Source of the DNA: Solirubrobacterales bacterium
GTDB lineage: Bacteria; Actinomycetota; Thermoleophilia; Solirubrobacterales; 70-9
NCBI GenBank assembly: GCA_036374655.1
Contig: DASUTJ010000078.1
Location: 10,542 to 74,541 of the forward strand
Direction of reading: 5' to 3'
Length of the DNA: 64,000 bases
Both the position numbers and the translations under genes were made by a program. This document shows, piece by piece, positions 62,300 through 64,000 of the stretch. The notes below the pieces were generated by a model. It did not search any database and was not told the DNA's origin. It saw nothing but the letters and a program-made list of their open reading frames with translations. Each line of letters opens with the position of its first letter. Position 1 is the stretch's first letter.

Positions 62300-64000
62300 A
62301 TGCGCGACGCGATGAGGTCACTGGCGGGGTTCCTGGGGAACAGGCGACGGTGGGTCGTCGCGGCCTGGGTCCTGATCGTGGTGCTGGCGCTGCCGTTTGC
62401 CGCGAAACAGACCGAGCACCTGACCGGCGGCGGCTTCGACGTCCCCGGCAGCCAGTCGATGAAGGTGAGCGAATCGCTGCAGGAGGACTTCGGCTCGCAG
62501 GCGGACGGGATCGCGGCGGTGCTGAAGGCGGATCCGGGTGCGACCGCGGCCGAGCGGAACGCCGCAGTGACTCGGGTGCAGGACGAGGTGGCGACGGTCG
62601 ACGACGTGACGCTGACCCCCGCTGCCGCGGCGCAGGCGCGCCGGCAGCTGCAGAGCGCTGACGTGGTCCTGGTCCCGCTGCGCAGCAACCTCTCCTCCGA
62701 CGAGCTGATCGACCCGGCGGCGACGATCCGCGAAGACCTCGACCTCGGCACCGCCGACGGCGGCGTCACCCCCTACCTGGTCGGGCAGCCGACGATCTGG
62801 GCCGGGATGCAGGAAATCTCCAAGGAAGACCTGGCCAAGGCCGAGGGCACCGGCTTTCCGATCGTCGCGATCATCCTCCTCGTCGTCTTCGGCTCGCTGG
62901 CCGCGGCGGCGCTGCCGCTGGCGCTCGGCTTCGTCAGCGTGCTCGTCACCGGGGCGCTGATCTACTTCATCTCGCTGGAGATGACGACCTCGGTCTTCGT
63001 CACCAACATGGCCTCGATGATCGGCATCGGGGTGGCGGTCGACTACTCGCTCTTCATCCTCGCCCGCTATCGCGAGGAGCGCGAAGCCGGGCACGACAAG
63101 GCCGAAGCGCGGGCGCTCTCGCTCTCGACCTCGGGGCTCGCCGTCACCTTCTCCGGGCTGGCGGTGATCATCTCCCTGGCCGGCCTCTGGATGGTCGACA
63201 ACCAGGCGCTGCGCTCGATGGCGCTGGGGGCGATGACCGTCGTCGCCGTCTCGATCCTGACCGCGACGACCCTGCTGCCGGCGCTGATCGCGATGCTCGG
63301 CGACCGGGTGCTGCCGGGCGGCATCGTCGGCCGGGTCGAGCGCTTCTTCCAGCGCCGCTTCTACCGCCGCCGCACGCCCGAGCAGGCCGCCGCCGGCAAA
63401 AACCGCTTCTGGCGCGGCTGGACCGAACGGGTGATGGCGCACCCGTGGACGGCGATCGTCGGGGTCTCGGCGGTGCTCCTCTTCCTCGCCAGCCCGCTGC
63501 TCTCGCTCGAGACCGGGACCGAAGCGCTGGCCCAGTTCCCGAAGGACAGCGACGTCCGGGTCGGCAACGAAATCGCCTCCGACGAGCTCGGCGGCGGCAC
63601 CGACCCGGTGCAGATCGTCGCCAGCTTCGACGGCGGCGAGGTGGATAAGGCGGCGGTCGCCGGCTTCGCCCGCGAAGTGCAGGGCACTGCCGGTGTCGCC
63701 TCGGTCGCCCCGCCCGCCTATGCGGGAAACAGCGCCCTGATCCAGGCGACGCCGAACGCGCCGAGCGAGTCCGACGCCGCGGTGGCGCTGGTCGACCGCC
63801 TGCGCGACAGCGTCGTCCCGGCTTCGGCTCTCGCTTCACAGGCCGCAATCGACGTCGGCGGCGAGACCGCCCGCGGCGACGACGTCCGCAAGCAGGTCAG
63901 CGGCTCGATGTGGAAGATCATCCTCTTCGTCCTCTCGCTCAGCTTCCTCGTCCTGATGGTGATGCTGCGCTCGCTGATCCTGCCGCTGAAGGCGGTGCTG
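62300..64000 (+). CDS. MMPL-family transporter, 3' end cut by window edge
   Basis: Own translation from ATG 62300 after AGAGGAGAGGGAGAG: MRDAMRSLAGFLGNRRRWVVAAWVLIVVLALPF ... GIGVAVDYSLFILARYREE. Open to position 64000. Not in the track because there is no stop. Confidence 0.8.
   Translation, partial: MRDAMRSLAGFLGNRRRWVVAAWVLIVVLALPFAAKQTEHLTGGGFDVPGSQSMKVSESLQEDFGSQADGIAAVLKADPGATAAERNAAVTRVQDEVATVDDVTLTPAAAAQARRQLQSADVVLVPLRSNLSSDELIDPAATIREDLDLGTADGGVTPYLVGQPTIWAGMQEISKEDLAKAEGTGFPIVAIILLVVFGSLAAAALPLALGFVSVLVTGALIYFISLEMTTSVFVTNMASMIGIGVAVDYSLFILARYREEREAGHDKAEARALSLSTSGLAVTFSGLAVIISLAGLWMVDNQALRSMALGAMTVVAVSILTATTLLPALIAMLGDRVLPGGIVGRVERFFQRRFYRRRTPEQAAAGKNRFWRGWTERVMAHPWTAIVGVSAVLLFLASPLLSLETGTEALAQFPKDSDVRVGNEIASDELGGGTDPVQIVASFDGGEVDKAAVAGFAREVQGTAGVASVAPPAYAGNSALIQATPNAPSESDAAVALVDRLRDSVVPASALASQAAIDVGGETARGDDVRKQVSGSMWKIILFVLSLSFLVLMVMLRSLILPLKAVL

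Overview
High-GC (roughly 68-70% by eye) chromosomal window. The gene content looks Actinomycetota-like: MMPL transporters, YrbE/Mce-type permeases, ask-asd, and ffs plus dnaX-ybaB-recR. Most long ORFs in the track are mirror-frame artefacts; I kept about 65 protein genes, one tRNA-Val(CAC) and one SRP (4.5S) RNA. I found no rRNA, CRISPR array, intact transposase or intact integrase.

Core content:
- a peptide ABC importer operon, translationally coupled to an MFS gene
- an HD-GYP phosphodiesterase
- a GntR-yrbEA-yrbEB unit with no mce genes
- arfB
- a ParD-like/zeta-like toxin-antitoxin pair
- two CPA2 antiporters
- an ABC-2 exporter
- dnaX-ybaB-recR
- a degenerate GGDEF protein, a MerR/B12-like regulator and an ECF sigma/anti-sigma pair
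- two MMPL transporters
- ask-asd
- a non-classical (type E-like) succinate dehydrogenase with an HdrB-like CCG subunit
- icd and mdh
- hsp20-lon-GT39

Most interesting findings:
1. A tightly overlapped four-gene operon, hsdS / SMC-like AAA ATPase / HNH protein / hsdM (44.6-50.1 kb). It has no hsdR anywhere nearby. It is either a Septu-like ATPase+HNH pair nested inside a type I methyltransferase/specificity pair, or that pair replacing HsdR.
2. A 91-nt nested perfect palindrome sitting in frame inside a GT-C membrane protein gene (25056-25146).
3. A 20-nt duplication of the tRNA-Val 3' end that brackets a ~3 kb integrase-less islet.
4. The type E-like Sdh operon.

All functional calls come from motif recognition in the translations. 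No database search was run.
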